From NCBI RefSeq assembly GCF_009914755.1, contig NC_060936.1: a stretch of 64,000 bases of DNA. One strand, written 5' to 3'. Each line of letters opens with the position of its first letter. Positions within the stretch are counted from its first letter, which is position 1. The notes beneath the pieces were generated by a model. That model saw only the letters and a program-made list of their open reading frames with translations, had not been told where the DNA came from and made no database searches. Origin of the DNA: the human T2T-CHM13v2.0 reference genome, Homo sapiens. This document shows positions 60,962 to 64,000 of the stretch, piece after piece. A program made the translations under genes and the position numbers.

Positions 60962-62426
60962 CAAAACTCTTAATGTATGTATTTGGTATTTTAGTTGGAT
61001 GAGAAACTGGCTTAATCCACGTTAGGTTTCTATAATCTATAAATAAAAGTCTTTTGATAATACAGACTCTATAATCTCTAAGACCCCCTTGTAGCTTAAT
61101 GATATCTGATTTCAAAATTAAATAAGAGGAGGAACTTCTTAGATAATATTTGAGTGCCCATAGTTACTATCTTTGACAAGAAGTCAAATAAAAAATATTC
61201 CATAATGAATTCACACAATTTATCTTCAAAACATTCAGTCCTGTATAATGTTAGCATTAAATGTCTTGTAGCCAAAATTTAAGCCATAAGACAGATGAAA
61301 TAAACTGATGTTAATAATTTCACTCATTTTACAAGATTTCCCCCCTTCTTTTGAAAATAAAATATTGTGTTTAAGCTGATCCACTTTAAAATAATTTTTT
61401 AAACCAACTTTTAATTATCCTCAGATAGTGATTATTATCTATATTCAACCACAGCACTGTGTCTAGAAAGCCCTGTTAAGATATAGTTACTCTGCCTTTT
61501 AAGAACACTGTACTTTCTCCCTTTGAAATATTGATTTCATTTTACCAGCGTGATGTCCCCATGGTGCACCCTGAGGTGGTATTTGCTAATTAGTGAATGA
61601 GTCTGGAGTAGGTCCTACTGAGATATTAGGAATACTCTCCAATTTGACACAGCTGAAGTGCATATTTAACATTTTATTCCTGGCTCACTGTAGTTATGAC
61701 CCATCTCGCATATTGTTGATTCAAAAGAATCAAAATCCCGTCGGTGTTTTCGGTTTCTGGTACTTGACTGTTGATAGCTCGGAAGTGTTGGTGGTTAATA
61801 GTCAACATTCACAAAAATCTTATGAGGCCAAACCTCATAACTTGCCAAGTGCTAAGATGATTTAAATTTACCATCCCTGAAATAAAGTGTTCTTTTCTTT
61901 CTCTGGCTTAAAAAGAGGTTAGAAAAAGTCTGTTTTGATTTGGATGATTATGTTTAGAAATAAACTAAATAATAAAAACCTTGACGCTGCCATTATTAGC
62001 TCTTTTAGGGGTTTCCTTGTCAATAGCTGGTTGCCTCCTCTTAATTCTATTGCTAGTTTGCCCCTTTTTCAATAGTGAGTTGTCATCTTGCAACTATAAC
62101 AGAACAAGCTATTTAAATTAACGTGAATGAGAACTGTGATGTATTGGAACGAAACAAGCACTTTTGGGGACTGACCTTGAGTTAATTCCCTGCACCAGCA
62201 TTTGCATTTCCCAAAGTGTGTTCCAAGAACCCTAGTTAGGGAAACATTTCATGTCAGTATTTCTCAGTGTGCAGATCATCTGCATCTGAACTACCTGGGG
62301 TGTTAAAGTACAGGCTCCAGGGCTGCTTCTGAGGGGCTTGGTAATATGAATTTTCAACAGTTTCTCAGAGTGATTCACATGTACTTTGGCAAAAAGGAAT
62401 CTAGTAAATTTGTGAATTACTTTCTT

Positions 62427-63082
62427 TTTTTTTTTCTTTTTTTGTTTCGTTTTGTTTTGTTTAAACAAATGTGCACCACGATGTTTCAACAAGTAAGACA
62501 AATGCCATGAATGTGAAAGCTGCAGTTTGCAATATACCATATTTAGAACCCAGGGTAGGTGAATTAGCCAGAGGTGGTAGTCATTCTAATTAAACAATCA
62601 AGTAATTTCACGACAAGTATCAAAACTGTCCACTTAAGTTTCTTTTTTCTTGATGATAAGAGGTCCCACGTTGACTCCAGTCTCTTCGTTGTGTTTTGTG
62701 TGAGACCCATCACAGAATGGGAATTTTTGGACCTCCAGAAACGGCAGTACACAGCATTATCTCCCAAATCCTCCATGTCAAAAGCATGTACTGTCTTGGG
62801 GTTGTCTTTCTGGATGTGAAGGTTTATCACAGCTTTATTTCGATGATCTTTAACATAAAATCTTTTGTAAGCTAGATAACCAATTGCAGCTGTCCCAGCA
62901 GCAACGGTAACTGCTGCCATCCATTCAACTCGTCCGCTGGAACTGGAAGTCAGACTCATGGCGCCGTCGCTTGCAAGGCGTGTGCACTAGGATACCGAGC
63001 ACAAACGGGTTTGCGCGGCCAGCGAGAGTCAAGGTAGGTGCCAGCGGCGTACTAACGTTACCGACTCCGCGCTGCTACCGCC
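62427..63082 (-). pseudogene. CISD1 (parent): Processed pseudogene of CISD1 (mitoNEET) with 5'UTR, frameshifted CDS and partial 3'UTR
   Basis: ORF from 62959 reads [42 protein letters not shown]..., matching CISD1. Intronless; 1-nt deletion at ~62724; native stop at 62634-62636; A tail; perfect 13-bp TSD GAATTACTTTCTT (62414-62426, 63083-63095). Confidence 0.96.
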
Positions 63083-63204
63083 GAATTACTTTCTTGACTT
63101 ACAGACTACATTAGCAAATTAAGGGATCTGAAAAGGATCTGAAAAGTCCTGTAGTAGAGACCTGTTTAACTTTTTTAAACCCAGGACTTTCTCAAATTGT
63201 TTGA

Positions 63205-63508
<304 letters not shown>

Positions 63509-64000
63509 TCAAATTGTTTGATTACAGAATTCTTTTTTGGGAGGAACATTTGTTAGTTGATCAAATACTATTGGGAAAAGTTACTCTATCTAATAGCATA
63601 ATAATTGTAGATTGTCACAATTGCTTGCTAGTTTGATACTGAGTTACTGTAGTGTCTTGCTATAAGCATTAGACAGACATCTGAGTGTGAATCCTGAATT
63701 TTATACTGTTGGTTCGGTTACCTAGCAGTCACGTTCTCTTAATCACAAGGGAGACAGAGCGAAAGAGTGAGTTAATACCAGAAACATTGCTAGAAAAATA
63801 GACACGTGTTTCTGATACTATCATATTTTATGAAGAGTGATGTATATGAATACTTCTGGCAATGTATTTTGCCCAGACATTCTACATCCTCACTCTACAC
63901 CTCCAGAGAAGAGATCTGGGAGATCTGGTTGCCATTTGACAGTAGACTCTACAGAGGAAGGAGCAAGGAGCTCTTCCAGAAACACCAATCAAGTAGAACA

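Overview
Human/primate genomic DNA, rich in Alu, MIR, L2, MLT and ERV repeats, with no intact protein-coding exon. A CpG island at ~14.7-16.5 kb holds the promoter and non-coding first exon of a minus-strand gene (donor GAG|GTGAGT at 15257/15256). From memory of the 5'UTR this is probably PRICKLE1, but that is unverified because no coding exon lies in the window. Bases 1-15256 are its intron 1. The upstream 48 kb contains: a solo MER41B LTR with two intact GAS motifs; a solo LTR12C pointing toward the gene; a two-LTR ERV1 (MER39-like) provirus with a GAAG target-site duplication (TSD), a Ser-tRNA-like primer-binding site (PBS) and nested MER41A, LTR8 and Alu insertions; a 5'-truncated YBX3 retrocopy; and a young, TSD-flanked CISD1 retrocopy whose frameshift leaves a 131-aa open frame. 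I see no evidence of a wholly new biological system. The best leads are LTR-derived regulatory or transcript hypotheses and the CISD1 retrocopy ORF. Repeat family names come from recalled consensus sequences, and boundaries of old repeats are approximate.
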